Program-made: the position numbers and the translations under genes
Source: Anaerolineae bacterium
GTDB taxonomy: Bacteria > Chloroflexota > Anaerolineae > UBA1429
Direction: 5' to 3'
Length of the DNA stretch: 64,000 bases
Assembly: GCA_963675785.1 (NCBI GenBank)
Contig: OY776562.1
Location: 1,952,001-2,016,000, forward strand
Part shown: piece after piece, positions 1 through 10,134 of the stretch
Layout: every line of letters begins with the position of its first letter
How positions within the stretch are numbered: position 1 is the stretch's first letter
Notes under the pieces: model-generated
The model's database searches: none
Told to the model about the DNA's origin: nothing
What the model saw: the letters and a program-made list of their open reading frames with translations, nothing else

Positions 1-1304
1 ATCGGCACTGGATGGTGTTTGTTGGCAGACTGCTGCGCGGGTTGTTCTGGCTGGCTATCTATGCTGGTGTCGCTTTTGGTACCTTGTTCTTGCTGCCCAC
101 CCTTACCTTGAGACAACTCTTGTTACCTGGCCTCATTATCTATGTTCTGACTCTGGTATTCAAGTACATCGATTGGCGAGATGACGTTCTCATAGCCACA
201 ACGAGGCGAATATCGCATCGAGAACGTATTGCTCTGCTCTACGAGACACTGCAAGAAGCACCTCTCGATCGCATCCAGAACATTAATGTAAACTACCATT
301 TCCCGGGTTCCCTCTTCGGTTATGGCGATGTTACTTTTGCCACAGCCGCTCAAGTAGGAACCCTCGTTTTTAGCGGCCTGCCCAAACCCGAACAAGTTCG
401 CGAGGTGATTTTTCAACAATTGGAGGACCTGCGTGCCTCACGCAAGGCTTCTCAGCAGGATGTCATCCGCCAGGAGCTGACCAACCGCCTGGTGAGTGAA
501 TCAGAAATCGACGAGAGTTCTGAAGAGATCCCTCTGCCAGAGACGCAGGTATCTGCCTTACCGATCGAACGGCCAGCCGATACTAGCCCCTTTGTCGAAA
601 GCACGAGCGACGAATCAGCTACACCACCAAGCGGATTATCTCGCACTGTAGGGTGGCTAACAAAGCAGGGGTTTATCCCGCGCTCGCGATTTGAGGAGAA
701 TGGCACTGTGACCTGGCGCAAACACTGGCTCTTTTTGCTAAGCAACATGCTACGTCCATTGGTGCTCACAGCTGCACTCATCTTTCTCACAGTACTGGCC
801 TATCGCGGCATTCCCGATATCATCATAGAGATGTTTCCCGGTTATGCCATCGTGTTGACCATTGTCGCTATACTAAGCCTTGGATGGTTCTGGTGGACCG
901 CCAACGATTGGGCTAACGATCTCTATATTATCACAGCAGATCGTATTATCGATGTCGAACGACGCCCTCTCTCTTTATCGCTAGAGCGACGCGAAGCCAG
1001 CCTGGGTATGATTCAAAATGTATCATTGAACGTGGGGAATGTTTTTGCGGCCGTTTTTAATTTTGGCGATGTAATCATCCAAACTGCCGGGGCTGGTGAT
1101 TTCACTTTTCGCCGTGTAGCCGACCCTCGCAGGGTACAGCGTGAGGTCTTTGATTATCTGGAAGCATTCCGCGAAAAGCAACGGCAACAAGATGCCGCCC
1201 AACGTCGCAGTGAACTCTCCGAGTGGCTTACCGTCTATGATCAGATGCGCCGTCCTGAGCAGAACAACGACGCATCCGAGAATGAGTCTAAACCAGGGAT
1301 CTGA
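1..1304 (+). CDS. Membrane protein with two bacterial PH (bPH_2/YdbS-like) domains; probably 5'-truncated by the window
   Basis: Two repeats of TM pair + 'D.Y/V.IT..RII...L..IQNV......FG.GDV...TA' motif; frame is open upstream of ATG12 (RHWM, cf. RKHW in the second repeat). Confidence 0.75.
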   Translation, partial: RHWMVFVGRLLRGLFWLAIYAGVAFGTLFLLPTLTLRQLLLPGLIIYVLTLVFKYIDWRDDVLIATTRRISHRERIALLYETLQEAPLDRIQNINVNYHFPGSLFGYGDVTFATAAQVGTLVFSGLPKPEQVREVIFQQLEDLRASRKASQQDVIRQELTNRLVSESEIDESSEEIPLPETQVSALPIERPADTSPFVESTSDESATPPSGLSRTVGWLTKQGFIPRSRFEENGTVTWRKHWLFLLSNMLRPLVLTAALIFLTVLAYRGIPDIIIEMFPGYAIVLTIVAILSLGWFWWTANDWANDLYIITADRIIDVERRPLSLSLERREASLGMIQNVSLNVGNVFAAVFNFGDVIIQTAGAGDFTFRRVADPRRVQREVFDYLEAFREKQRQQDAAQRRSELSEWLTVYDQMRRPEQNNDASENESKPGI

Positions 1305-2241
1305 CCACTGGCAATCCAGTCAAAATGCCCTGCCGCCAGCTGCTAAGCGTGTTCCGCTGCCAGGTGTTCATCTTGTCTCCCCATTCCTGTGTGAAAACCG
1401 TATACAGCAGCATCCGGCGGTAATCCAAGAACAAGGGCAACTGCTCAAGCCATCCATCGGTTAGTTGGTGCTCTTTTGAATAACCCCCATAAAAACTGCC
1501 GAAACAGCGGCGCAGCATCGCTGTGCGCGTTTCACCGTAACGGGGTTTGCCCAGCCAGGCCCACATAAAAGCTGCCACACCGATATCGGTGCAAAACCAG
1601 TGATAGCAACAAACGCTGAAATCGATAGCGACAAGACCCTCTGGTGATAGAATCAGGTTGTTTTGGTGCAGGTCGTTATGTACCACACCATAGGCGCTGG
1701 GTTCCTGCGAAAGCATGCTGAGGCGAGTTTTCATCTGCTCCCACTTGTCGCGAATTGCATCTTCCTTGCACCACAAAGCGAAAACGCTACATTCATCCTC
1801 CCAGCTAGGCAGCGCTTCAGATTCAAAACCAGGTGCAAGAGCATGCATTCGGCCTAAAAGCTGCCCCCACTGCTGAAGCAACTCTCCATCACCGCTCAAC
1901 ATGGTATCCAGATCGGGTGGCTGTCCGGTTATTCGAGCATGGAGCGTTAGAGCATATTGCATGTCTTCTGCATCAAGAATAGGAACATCCTCGCCACCGG
2001 TAGCAGCAACGAGCGCGGCAGTAGCTACCCCTTGCTGGGCTACAAAGCTGCGAAAAGCCTCGCGGGCGCGAATGCGAGGCAGATCGTCCGCAGCCATAGG
2101 GATGATTTTCAGAATGCATGGGCCACCAGGTCCCACGACCTCATAGACAGCTCCATCCGAGCCGCCAAGTGAACGGATTATTCGTAGGCCCGGGGGATAA
2201 AGCCCAATAGCGCGTTCCAGCAATTCTTTTGGAACGTTCAT
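1288..2241 (-). CDS. APH/homoserine kinase type II-like phosphotransferase
   Basis: HNDLHQNN Brenner motif and IDFS motif. Confidence 0.85.
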   Translation of the reverse strand: MNVPKELLERAIGLYPPGLRIIRSLGGSDGAVYEVVGPGGPCILKIIPMAADDLPRIRAREAFRSFVAQQGVATAALVAATGGEDVPILDAEDMQYALTLHARITGQPPDLDTMLSGDGELLQQWGQLLGRMHALAPGFESEALPSWEDECSVFALWCKEDAIRDKWEQMKTRLSMLSQEPSAYGVVHNDLHQNNLILSPEGLVAIDFSVCCYHWFCTDIGVAAFMWAWLGKPRYGETRTAMLRRCFGSFYGGYSKEHQLTDGWLEQLPLFLDYRRMLLYTVFTQEWGDKMNTWQRNTLSSWRQGILTGLPVVRSLV

Positions 2242-2335
2242 TTTTTCTCCTGAGCATAAAGTAGCCTATGGAATCAGTTGAACCAGTCCATCCAACATGA
2301 TAGAGTACGCCTAATCAGAGTCAAGGAGATACGCC

Positions 2336-3091
2336 ATGTATATTGATGCAGATACTCACGTCTCTAGCAGAAATGTGCCCGGGGAAATTAGCATCGATGA
2401 GCTAATCCGCCGCATGGATGAGATAGGGGTTGATAGAGCAGTCGCCTGGCCCATGCTTTCGTATCAGCGCGAAATCAACAGTGACAATGCCACTATCCAT
2501 GCCGGTTACATGGCTCATCCCGACCGCATCATCCCCTTTGGAGGCGTGAATCCACGTCTGGGGATAGAACAAGCACGTGATGAGCTTGAACGGTGCATCA
2601 AAGTGTACGGTATGCGCGGCGTCAAGCTCAATGGTGCACGCGACGTCTTTTATATCGACGACCCCGAGCTAAGCCTGCCATTGGTGGACATGATTGCCGA
2701 GGCCGGGTTGATTTTGGCCTTTCATTGCGGCGTCAACGATTTTGAGCGTACCCACCCATTTCGCATCGCCAAAATCAGCAAGCGCCACCCCAACCTCAAG
2801 ATCATGCTGGTGCACATGGGCGGTGCGGGCAGCCCTGCCCTGCATAATGCCGTCATCGAGCTAGCTGCCGAAAACCCTAGCTGGTACCTCATCGATTCAG
2901 AAGCCGACTATCGCGCAGTGCTCAAGGCGCTACAGGTGCTGGGCTCTGAGAGGATCTGTTATGGGAGTGATACGCCTTTTTGCCCGATGCGCTATGAATG
3001 GGGGATACGGCAGGTTATCTATCAGGATTTGAGTGAGAATGAGCGCGCTAATGTGCTGGGCGGCAACATGGCCCGACTGTTGGGCCTGTAA
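2336..3091 (+). CDS. Amidohydrolase_2 family metal-dependent hydrolase
   Basis: DADTH, AFHCG, VHMGG and YGSDTP motifs; RBS AAGGAG. Confidence 0.85.
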   Translation: MYIDADTHVSSRNVPGEISIDELIRRMDEIGVDRAVAWPMLSYQREINSDNATIHAGYMAHPDRIIPFGGVNPRLGIEQARDELERCIKVYGMRGVKLNGARDVFYIDDPELSLPLVDMIAEAGLILAFHCGVNDFERTHPFRIAKISKRHPNLKIMLVHMGGAGSPALHNAVIELAAENPSWYLIDSEADYRAVLKALQVLGSERICYGSDTPFCPMRYEWGIRQVIYQDLSENERANVLGGNMARLLGL

Positions 3092-3180
3092 CATGACACG
3101 TGGCTTGTTGCGGTAATCACAATGAGCCGATTATTGGCATCCTCGCAAAGCAATGTGCGGAAGCGCTAGAATGGTTGTGC

Positions 3181-3690
3181 ATGAGATTACGAAATATAGC
3201 TTGTATCTATATCCTTGATGACACGCGCATACTGATGTTGAACAAGGTTGGCTCCAAGATATTCAAAGAGCCTTTGTGGGTTGGCGCGGGTGGACATTTT
3301 GAAGAGGATGAACTGAACGACCCAGATAAATGTGTTCTGAGAGAGCTTGATGAAGAAACCGGAATAGGTTTCGAAGATATTGAGGGGCTGACGCTAAAGT
3401 ACATCACCCTGAGACAGACAAGCCAGGAAATACGGCAGCAGTACATCTACTTTGCAAGCCTGTACAACAAGGATGTCGTCCTCCGCCCCTGTGATGAAGG
3501 CCCTTTGGCCTGGATAGACACTCAAGAGATATTCAATTTAAGAATGTCTCTTACAAACGCGACCTGCCTGCATCACTATTTTGAAACGGGTCGAAACAAC
3601 CGTAATTGCTACACCGCAACAATAAACATGCTAAACGGCGAACCAACCGTCCACATTAGCCGCTTATGGCCTATTGAAAGAGACTACTAG
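3181..3690 (+). CDS. NUDIX hydrolase
   Basis: GGHFEEDE...CVLRELDEETG Nudix box; start placed at ATG3181. Confidence 0.85.
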   Translation: MRLRNIACIYILDDTRILMLNKVGSKIFKEPLWVGAGGHFEEDELNDPDKCVLRELDEETGIGFEDIEGLTLKYITLRQTSQEIRQQYIYFASLYNKDVVLRPCDEGPLAWIDTQEIFNLRMSLTNATCLHHYFETGRNNRNCYTATINMLNGEPTVHISRLWPIERDY

Positions 3691-3768
3691 TCTCGCATCC
3701 CAGACTTGTACAAAACAAAGAGGCAGTGCAATCATGCACTGCCTCTTGTACATCAAGCAACCCCACAT

Positions 3769-4809
3769 CTAAAAGAATAGCTTGGCAAAACCCAGAATAC
3801 CCTGCTTCCAGGGCACTCGATGTGAGACGCCCGAACTGTGTTCGAACTGCTGGATGTTATCCAGATACCAGCGATAGTTGCGCACCAACGCATCCTTGTT
3901 CGAGTAAATAGGCTGAAAACCAAGTATTTGCTTGGCCTTGTCGATGGACACAAAAGAGTCCTTGGAAGCCGTCTCATAGACCCACTTGTAAAGGGGTGAG
4001 AGGTGCAGCAACTCTAGGAATCTGAGCGTCCAGATCATGGGGGTTGCAGGAAAGCCCTTGATCTTTTTGCCAAACCCAGCGACGTTCAAGACTTGCTGAT
4101 AATCTTCTTTCATGGTGGTGTACTCTTCGGCACCAATATTGAATGTGTCGTTGACGACATCCTTGTCCAACGTCGCGCAGAGATAGATAGCCGCACACAG
4201 ATCATAGACGTCCAAAAGTTGATAGCGATTGTTCCCACTGCCGATCATCGGGAACCCACGGCCGTCCTTTGCCCAGTCGTAAAACAATGCGAAAACACCC
4301 AATCGTTCCGGACCGATAAAGGACTTGGGGCGAATGACGGGCACACACATGCCCTTGGTACGATATTCAAAGCAAATCTCTTCAGCAGCAATTTTGGCCT
4401 CGCCATAAGGGCCCACCCCATCGAGGAGGTCATCCTCCTTTAGGGGATGATGATCAGGGATGCCGTACACCGCTGTAGAAGAAATCTGGATGACGCGCTC
4501 AACATCCAGCTCGTAAGCTGATTGCAGCACGTTCCGTGTACCGTTGATATCGGTCGAAAAAATGTCTTCCTTTTTGTAGAGCGGAAGGGCCGCGGCAGTA
4601 TGCACAACGATATCGCTGCCCTTCATGGCCTCTTTGAGAGCAGCATAATCTCGAATGTCGCCTTTGACAGCGGTAATCTCATCCTTGCAATCGGCATAGT
4701 CAAAATCGGCCATATCATAGGATGTAACCTTGTGTCCTTTTTCAAGCAAAAAGCGCACAAGGTTAATGCCCAGGAATCCGGCGCCACCGGTAATAAAGTA
4801 ATTCGACAC
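3769..4809 (-). CDS. NAD-dependent epimerase/dehydratase (extended SDR)
   Basis: TGGAGFLG, SSTAVYG and YGEAK motifs. Confidence 0.9.
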   Translation of the reverse strand: MSNYFITGGAGFLGINLVRFLLEKGHKVTSYDMADFDYADCKDEITAVKGDIRDYAALKEAMKGSDIVVHTAAALPLYKKEDIFSTDINGTRNVLQSAYELDVERVIQISSTAVYGIPDHHPLKEDDLLDGVGPYGEAKIAAEEICFEYRTKGMCVPVIRPKSFIGPERLGVFALFYDWAKDGRGFPMIGSGNNRYQLLDVYDLCAAIYLCATLDKDVVNDTFNIGAEEYTTMKEDYQQVLNVAGFGKKIKGFPATPMIWTLRFLELLHLSPLYKWVYETASKDSFVSIDKAKQILGFQPIYSNKDALVRNYRWYLDNIQQFEHSSGVSHRVPWKQGILGFAKLFF

Positions 4810-4969
4810 GTTATTGCCTCCCTTGGTTTACGGGATAAGGTACAAACAAGACAGCTTGACTATCAGCTACAATATAGCCCGTTTGTACGCGTGCTAAAAA
4901 TGGCCGGCTTAATGCACTCCAGTGATGCTCATCTGTAAGAAACACGAATGAATTACGCCACATAAGCAA

Positions 4970-4996
4970 AACGGCCCGTTCGATTAACGGGCCGTT
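4970..4996. terminator. Intrinsic terminator hairpin
   Basis: AACGGCCCGTT-N5-AACGGGCCGTT after the UroD-like gene. Confidence 0.6.
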
Positions 4997-5010
4997 GTTT
5001 AGTTCGTGCA

Positions 5011-6126
5011 TCACTTGTCGTAGCGGGCAAAATTCTGCGTGAGCCACATAAGATAGCGCATACGACCCACTCCAGTTCCAGCGGCTAACGAGCCGGCTGT
5101 GGCGATGTTCAAGCCACCGCTGGCCCCTGCCTTGTCAAAGTCCGAGATAAAGCGCTCGCGAATCTCTTCCGGCGTACCGTTGCGCAAGAGAATAGGCGGC
5201 ATGTGTCCATTGATATACGCTTCGGGCATCTTTTCGCGGATAAGTGCTACATTCACATCCGGACCATAGTTCACATCCCGAATGCCCAATTCGTACTGCA
5301 TATCCAGCAAATGACCCATAGAGCTATCCGAATGCTGATAACGGCGAGCATTACCAGGAGCCATGGCGTTCAACACCCGCTCCAAAACAGGGTAGCAATA
5401 CTTTTTGTACATGCGCGGGCTAAAGAGCGCACAGTTGTCATCGGTAATCCACCAGCCTGGGTACTCATTTCCGCTGAACTCGCGCAAAATGGTGTTGAAC
5501 TCGACCATCTTTTCGGCCAGGATATCGCTAAAGCGCTTGATAAGCTTGGGACGATCGACAACCCAATAGAACAAAGGCTCTGCCTCTAACACCGAGGTCA
5601 TGATCGTGGCAGGGCCGCGGCTGCCAGTGCCCAGCAGAGGCAATCGCTTGCCAGCAGCCTTACGCTCTTCCCACTCTTGCAGAAACTCGGGAGGAAAGCT
5701 CCAAGTTCGTAGGTCGGTGGCCTCGGCCTCATCCAAAATACGAGCAAACTCGTCCGGATCGCGTGTTACCGACGTTAGCCAGGGCGTGCCATGTTCGGCA
5801 TAGGTGAAATAGCAGCCAAAGAGGTTCTCAATGCGCTTGGGATCATGCTCCCAGGTATCCTCAGGGAAAAAGGCCCTGCCCGTATATTCAAGGGTGATCC
5901 TGTTGGATTCCTTGTGCAAAGCATCGCGATAGGCCTTGTCATGGTAATAACGCAATGTGGATTCCACATTGAGAAACTCGAAAAGCCAGTGATCATCTGG
6001 CGAAAAAGCCAAAGAGGCGCGGGGCTTGTCTGTGGTAAATTCAGTGCAAAGCGCATTCTCTTCCCAAAACGCCTGAGGATCCAGATCTGCTGTCAGTTCC
6101 ATGAAATCGCGCTCTATAATAGCCAA
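5011..6126 (-). CDS. Uroporphyrinogen decarboxylase (URO-D/MtaA-like) family protein
   Basis: RGPATI, DDNCALFSPRMYKKYCYP, HSD and GTPEEIRE motifs; TTG start with GGAGG RBS. Confidence 0.75.
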   Translation of the reverse strand: MAIIERDFMELTADLDPQAFWEENALCTEFTTDKPRASLAFSPDDHWLFEFLNVESTLRYYHDKAYRDALHKESNRITLEYTGRAFFPEDTWEHDPKRIENLFGCYFTYAEHGTPWLTSVTRDPDEFARILDEAEATDLRTWSFPPEFLQEWEERKAAGKRLPLLGTGSRGPATIMTSVLEAEPLFYWVVDRPKLIKRFSDILAEKMVEFNTILREFSGNEYPGWWITDDNCALFSPRMYKKYCYPVLERVLNAMAPGNARRYQHSDSSMGHLLDMQYELGIRDVNYGPDVNVALIREKMPEAYINGHMPPILLRNGTPEEIRERFISDFDKAGASGGLNIATAGSLAAGTGVGRMRYLMWLTQNFARYDK

Positions 6127-6255
6127 AGTATCAACCTCCATTCTGATTCTGCAACAAGCATCATAGCCTGCTGCCCATGCCGTGTCCCGACTTTTTCGGC
6201 CCCCCACGACATCAAGCGTAATATAACCGCACAGGCTTGATTTGTCGACTGAACT

Positions 6256-6283
6256 AAAAAGGCCGTCCTCGAAAGGACGGCCT
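6256..6283 (-). terminator. Terminator of the pst/phoU operon
   Basis: AGGCCGTCCT/AGGACGGCCT stem with T-tract on the minus strand. Confidence 0.75.
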
Positions 6284-6295
6284 GCAAGCGATTCT

Positions 6296-6955
6296 CTAGT
6301 GAGAATCGAGCTCTTTCATCTCGCCAGTAACACTAAAGACGATGCGTTCACAAATGTTGGTAACCCGGTCGGCTGCGCGCTCCAGATTGTGTGCCGCCCA
6401 CATGAGCAGCGTCGCCTGGTCTAGCGTCGTCGGATCATCCATAATGCTTCGAATCAGGTCCTGGTACACGCGATTATAGAGGGCATCCACTTGATCATCC
6501 TCAGCCGGCAGAGCCCTAGCAACTTCGGTATTCTCATCCACAAAGGCCTGAAGGGCCCGGCGCAGCATATCAAGCGCCTTGTCCAGCATGAGGGGAATAT
6601 CAACCAACGGTTTGATCAGTTCGCGATCGCCAATCAACAAATTGATTTTGCTGATACCCTTGGCGTAATCACCGGTGCGCTCGAGCTCAGTGGCAATCTC
6701 TAGAACGGCTGCCAGAACGCGTAAATCGCGCGCCATGGGCGATTGAGTTGCAATCACCGCCAGCGCATCCGCTTCGATCGCAAAGCGCTTGGCATTGATA
6801 CGCTCATCCTCGGCGATGAGCCGTCGAGAGCCATCGAGGTCACGCGCTTTCAAGTAATTCACCGAGCGCAGCAAAGCCTCTTCTACCATACTGCCCAGAG
6901 CGAGGATATCAGCCTTGAGCCGGTCAATTTCTCTGTCCAGGGTTTGTCTCGTCAT
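6296..6955 (-). CDS. phoU: Phosphate signalling protein PhoU
   Basis: ELERTGDYA and LERAADRVTNICE motifs; operon context. Confidence 0.95.
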   Translation of the reverse strand: MTRQTLDREIDRLKADILALGSMVEEALLRSVNYLKARDLDGSRRLIAEDERINAKRFAIEADALAVIATQSPMARDLRVLAAVLEIATELERTGDYAKGISKINLLIGDRELIKPLVDIPLMLDKALDMLRRALQAFVDENTEVARALPAEDDQVDALYNRVYQDLIRSIMDDPTTLDQATLLMWAAHNLERAADRVTNICERIVFSVTGEMKELDSH

Positions 6956-6993
6956 GTTGTCTCCTCGTCAGCTATGGCCACAGGCCAGAGGCA

Positions 6994-7758
6994 TCACCCA
7001 AAGCGCCCGGTAATGTACTGCTCAGTTAGATTTTCTTTTGGATGCGTAAACACACCGCGCGTCTCACCGAATTCGACGAGATACCCTGCACGATCCTCAC
7101 CCATGTTGAAAAAGGCAGTGTAATCCGAGGCGCGTGCGGCCTGCTGCATGTTATGCGTCACAATGACAATAGTATAGTCTTTTTTGAGCTCCTGGATAAG
7201 CTCTTCGATGCGCAAAGTGGCGACAGGATCCAGAGCAGAGGCCGGTTCATCCATGAGAATGACCTCCGGCTCGACAGCCAACGCGCGTGCGATGCACAAA
7301 CGCTGCTGTTGACCGCCCGAAAGCGCCAGTGCCGACTTGCCTAGATTATCCTTGACTTCACCCCACAGGGCCGCCGCCTTGAGGCTGCGCTCGCAAATCT
7401 CTTCGAGCAGGCTATGATCGCGCAAACCGTGGGCCCGGCAACCGTAGATGACATTCTCAAAAATCGATTTGGGAAAGGGGTTGGGGCGCTGAAAGACCAT
7501 ACCCACCCGCTTGCGCAAATCGACAATGTCCAGGCTATAGAGATCATCCTCATCGAGCGAGATGCTGCCCTCTATGCGCGTATTGGGAATGAGCTCATTC
7601 ATACGATTGAAACTCCGCAAAAAAGTGCTTTTGCCACACCCCGAAGGGCCAATGATAGACGTGATACGGCGTTCAGGAATATCGAGATTCACATCTCGAA
7701 GCGCCCGAAAGCTGCCATAGAACACATTCACATCTCGAACGTGTAGTTTTGTTGCCAT
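6994..7758 (-). CDS. pstB: Phosphate ABC transporter ATPase
   Basis: [34 protein letters not shown]. Confidence 0.97.
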   Translation of the reverse strand: MATKLHVRDVNVFYGSFRALRDVNLDIPERRITSIIGPSGCGKSTFLRSFNRMNELIPNTRIEGSISLDEDDLYSLDIVDLRKRVGMVFQRPNPFPKSIFENVIYGCRAHGLRDHSLLEEICERSLKAAALWGEVKDNLGKSALALSGGQQQRLCIARALAVEPEVILMDEPASALDPVATLRIEELIQELKKDYTIVIVTHNMQQAARASDYTAFFNMGEDRAGYLVEFGETRGVFTHPKENLTEQYITGRFG

Positions 7759-7766
7759 ACGATCCT

Positions 7767-8705
7767 CTATTTCCCAGAGAGCCTGGCCGTCAAGCGGCTC
7801 GACGTATAGTTGATTAACAAGTTGATGATAATGATAACGATAATAAGCACGGCCGCCGTACCCATGGCCTTGTCAAAAGCAGTCGTTTCGGAGGCCAGCA
7901 CGTACACATGCAAAGCCATGGTGCGCCCAGAGGACATAACGCCCTCAGGCAGGCGATAGCTTCCACCCAGCGTAACCCAAAAGATGGCTGTCTCGGCAAT
8001 GATGCGACCTACACTCAGTACCACGCCAGTGATGACGCCCGGCATTGCTGCGGGTAGAATCACATTGGCCGTCGTTTGCCATTTCGTAGCACCCAGAGCC
8101 AAACTGCCCTCGCGAAAAGAACGCGGCACGGCCAATAGAGCTTCTTCCGAAGTGCGGATGATAGTCGGCAAAACCAGGCAGGCCCCGCTCAAGCTGGCCG
8201 AAAGCAGTGAAAATCCAAAATTGAGTGCTGAAACGAACAGGGCAAAGCCAAACAGGCCAAAGATGATCGAGGGAACGCCGGCCAGAATCTCGATGCAGGT
8301 TCTTACCACCGTTACGAACGCATGGATGACCTTGCTCTTGCGCTCTTGATCAGCGGCATATTCGGTCAAATAGATAGCCGCACCCACCCCGATCGGAGCC
8401 GCCATGGCAATGGTCAAAACCACAAGGTAAATCGTCGTCACAATAGTGGTCGACATACCTCCCTCGCCAGAGACCCCACCTGCTGGGCGTGTGGTAAGGA
8501 ATTCTAAGTTGAGATAAGCGCCACCCTTGACTAAAACATACCCAATGATGATGAGCAAAGCCGCTATCACAATCGCTGCAAAAAGCCACAAGACGCCAAA
8601 TGCTATCTTTTGCGTCCAATGACGCTGCCGCTGATTGCGAGTCCAATCGATTCTGCGGGTTTCGGAAACATTCAATGATTTATCTGCATAGTCAATGCCC
8701 GCCAT
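7767..8705 (-). CDS. pstA: Phosphate ABC transporter permease PstA
   Basis: [26 protein letters not shown]. Confidence 0.95.
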   Translation of the reverse strand: MAGIDYADKSLNVSETRRIDWTRNQRQRHWTQKIAFGVLWLFAAIVIAALLIIIGYVLVKGGAYLNLEFLTTRPAGGVSGEGGMSTTIVTTIYLVVLTIAMAAPIGVGAAIYLTEYAADQERKSKVIHAFVTVVRTCIEILAGVPSIIFGLFGFALFVSALNFGFSLLSASLSGACLVLPTIIRTSEEALLAVPRSFREGSLALGATKWQTTANVILPAAMPGVITGVVLSVGRIIAETAIFWVTLGGSYRLPEGVMSSGRTMALHVYVLASETTAFDKAMGTAAVLIIVIIIINLLINYTSSRLTARLSGK

Positions 8706-10057
8706 TAGTGCTTCTCCTTCATCATATAGCGTGCCAAGGAATTCACGAGAAGGATCATCACAAACAGCAGCACACCCGTAAAGAACAACGCACTGCGATG
8801 CACACCGGCTGCATAGTTAATCTCGACAGCAATGTTACCGGTCAAAGTGCGTGCAGCGCTCAAAAAAATAGTAAACGGGTTGTTGTTCAGCGGTTCTGGT
8901 ACAGCAATAGCGTTGCCAATGACCATAATCAAGGCCATGGTCTCGCCCAGCGCACGACCAATACCCAAAATAGTTGCGGCAAGAACACCAGAGCGCCCAG
9001 CAGGAACCATGACGCGCATAATCGTCTGCCAGTGTGTAGCCCCCAGAGCAAGCGATCCTTCTTTATACGCCTGGGGAACAGCCCGGATAGCGTCCTCGGC
9101 CACATTTGTTATGGTGGGCATAATCATCAAGGCGAGCACAACAGAGGCCGTGAGCAGGCCAAAACCGCTGTTACCGCTGACATCGATCTGGCGTACAAGC
9201 GGCGCAATAACCACCATACCAAAAAGGCCAAACACCACAGATGGAATACCTGCCAATAGTTCAATAGCCGGGCGGATGATCTTACGCACACCCTGTGGTG
9301 CTACCTCGGCTAGCAAAATGGCTGTACCGATAGAAAGGGGCACCCCGATAAGTGCGGCTCCAAGCGTGCTCAAAACTGTGCCCAACATCATAGGGACAAG
9401 CCCGTACAACTCCTGGTTAGGACGCCAGACGGTGCCTGTAAGCATGTCGCCAAGCCCGATTTCTTCAATAGCTGGCCAGGCCTGGGTAACTGTGAAAATG
9501 ATAATAAGCAGAACAATGATGACAGCACTAACACCTGTCGCAAGCAGCAAATAGCGGATGGCACTATCGACAAATTCGCGCTGGGCCACCGAGTCGATGA
9601 AATCATCTGCCGCATATCGCAAAAACAGATAGAGCAACACCGGCCCAGCAGCACGGATCAAACCCCAGCGTAAGCCTATCCAAATTGTCTGAAGGATCTC
9701 GATACCACCCATAACCTGTTCGCCAGCAAATATCTGCGTAGACATGGCAAAAACAAGAGTAATTGTTAAAAAGGCTAAATAACCCAATATGGCAAAGGTC
9801 AGTATAGTTCTGGCCCAGTTTCGTTTACGCCACAAGCCCTGAGCCGTAAACAGGAGAATAGCGGATATAGCACCCGCTGCGGCCCAATAAAGCCAGCCGG
9901 CCATCCAGCCTTCGATAAACTGATCTCTAATTACAAACGCGCCCACTAGCACACCCACGCCAGCAAGCCCAACAACGACAGCAAGAATTGCTATGACTAC
10001 CAGACGAAATCTGGTACCCTTCTTTGAGCTCTTGACTGTCGAAATGGCACTTGACAT
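8705..10057 (-). CDS. pstC: Phosphate ABC transporter permease PstC with extra N-terminal membrane region
   Basis: ELLAGIPSVVFG, GRALGETMA. Confidence 0.93.
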   Translation of the reverse strand: MSSAISTVKSSKKGTRFRLVVIAILAVVVGLAGVGVLVGAFVIRDQFIEGWMAGWLYWAAAGAISAILLFTAQGLWRKRNWARTILTFAILGYLAFLTITLVFAMSTQIFAGEQVMGGIEILQTIWIGLRWGLIRAAGPVLLYLFLRYAADDFIDSVAQREFVDSAIRYLLLATGVSAVIIVLLIIIFTVTQAWPAIEEIGLGDMLTGTVWRPNQELYGLVPMMLGTVLSTLGAALIGVPLSIGTAILLAEVAPQGVRKIIRPAIELLAGIPSVVFGLFGMVVIAPLVRQIDVSGNSGFGLLTASVVLALMIMPTITNVAEDAIRAVPQAYKEGSLALGATHWQTIMRVMVPAGRSGVLAATILGIGRALGETMALIMVIGNAIAVPEPLNNNPFTIFLSAARTLTGNIAVEINYAAGVHRSALFFTGVLLFVMILLVNSLARYMMKEKH

Positions 10058-10082
10058 ACGACTCCTCTCAGATACGTGTCGA

Positions 10083-10110
10083 CGAGGAGGGACCCTCAGG
10101 CCCCTCCTCG
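10083..10110. other. Intergenic hairpin between pstS and pstC (probable mRNA stabiliser or attenuator)
   Basis: CGAGGAGGG...CCCTCCTCG stem without a T-tract. Confidence 0.5.
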
Positions 10111-10134
10111 CCCCGCCGATTGAGAAATGGCTTG

